Shown: one piece after another, positions 63,916 through 64,000 of the stretch
Layout: each line of letters starts with the position of its first letter
Numbering within the stretch: the stretch's first letter is position 1
Source of the DNA: Coprothermobacterota bacterium
GTDB taxonomy: Bacteria; Coprothermobacterota; HKB111
Length of the DNA: 64,000 bases
Direction of reading: 5' to 3'
Assembly: GCA_037440465.1 (NCBI GenBank)
Contig: JBBIUB010000001.1
Coordinates: 92,415-156,414, forward strand
Made by a program: the position numbers and the translations under genes
Notes under the pieces: model-generated
The model's database searches: none
The model's input: only the letters and a program-made list of their open reading frames with translations
What the model was told of the DNA's origin: nothing

Positions 63916-64000
63916 TTGTTAAAAGTAGAAAACCTTACAGTCAGGTTTGGTGGATTGGTAGCAATAAATAAACTTTCTTTTGAGGTAAAACAAGGCTCTA
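63916..64000 (+). CDS. LivG-like ABC ATP-binding protein, N-terminal fragment (runs off window end)
   Basis: Own translation from TTG 63916 (after GGGGAGAAGAG): MLKVENLTVRFGGLVAINKLSFEVKQGS, the standard LivG N-terminus. Confidence 0.6.
   Translation, partial: MLKVENLTVRFGGLVAINKLSFEVKQGS

Noticed and set aside
1-64000. Searched both strands for CRISPR-like spaced repeats, transposase, integrase or recombinase ORFs, terminal inverted repeats, toxin-antitoxin pairs and known defence-system signatures.
   Set aside because: None were found. The only tandem repeats are 8-16 nt units in spacers, and tRNA genes are not flanked by integrase-like genes or direct repeats of their 3' ends.

Overview
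The window is a visibly AT-rich, densely packed chromosomal segment of a bacterium with an anaerobic, fermentative gene content. I cannot assign a taxon from sequence alone. About 60 protein genes sit in long co-directional blocks, many with overlapping stop and start codons.

Housekeeping genes:
- hpf-secA-prfB, where prfB carries the classical +1 frameshift
- ftsE-ftsX with an EnvC-like M23 protein and a Ctp protease, plus HU
- a bactofilin/M23 pair
- tRNA-fMet, tRNA-Met, tilS, hpt and ftsH
- rplM-rpsI

Energy-metabolism modules interleaved with these:
- a YgeW/YgeY/SsnA-type N-heterocycle module joined to two tungsten-type aldehyde:ferredoxin oxidoreductase (AOR) operons
- histidine utilisation genes (hutH, hutI, a formimidoyltransferase)
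- ornithine carbamoyltransferase and carbamate kinase behind an uncharacterised GTPase
- methylmalonyl-CoA-decarboxylase-type subunits
- proC

Transport comprises four ABC importers (one BMP/nucleoside type, two or three LIV type) and a NatAB-like exporter.

I found no transposase, integrase, CRISPR array, toxin-antitoxin pair or recognisable defence gene.

The best candidate for an undescribed system is the 56.1-64 kb operon. Behind a perfect consensus promoter it encodes two tandem FabH-like paralogs that keep the nucleophilic Cys but have Thr and Tyr in place of the catalytic His and Asn. These are followed by an alpha/beta-hydrolase, an SDR, a single-chain double TetR, a CoA-transferase and an ABC importer whose binding protein carries a fused copper-amine-oxidase-N-like domain.

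The second candidate is the 3.2-15.6 kb block, where AOR-family enzymes and a PreA-like flavoprotein are translationally linked to ygeW/ygeY/ssnA-like genes.

Several intergenic spacers carry tandem AGGAU-type repeats and hairpins that the gene models do not explain.

All functional calls come from reading the translations by eye, with no database search.
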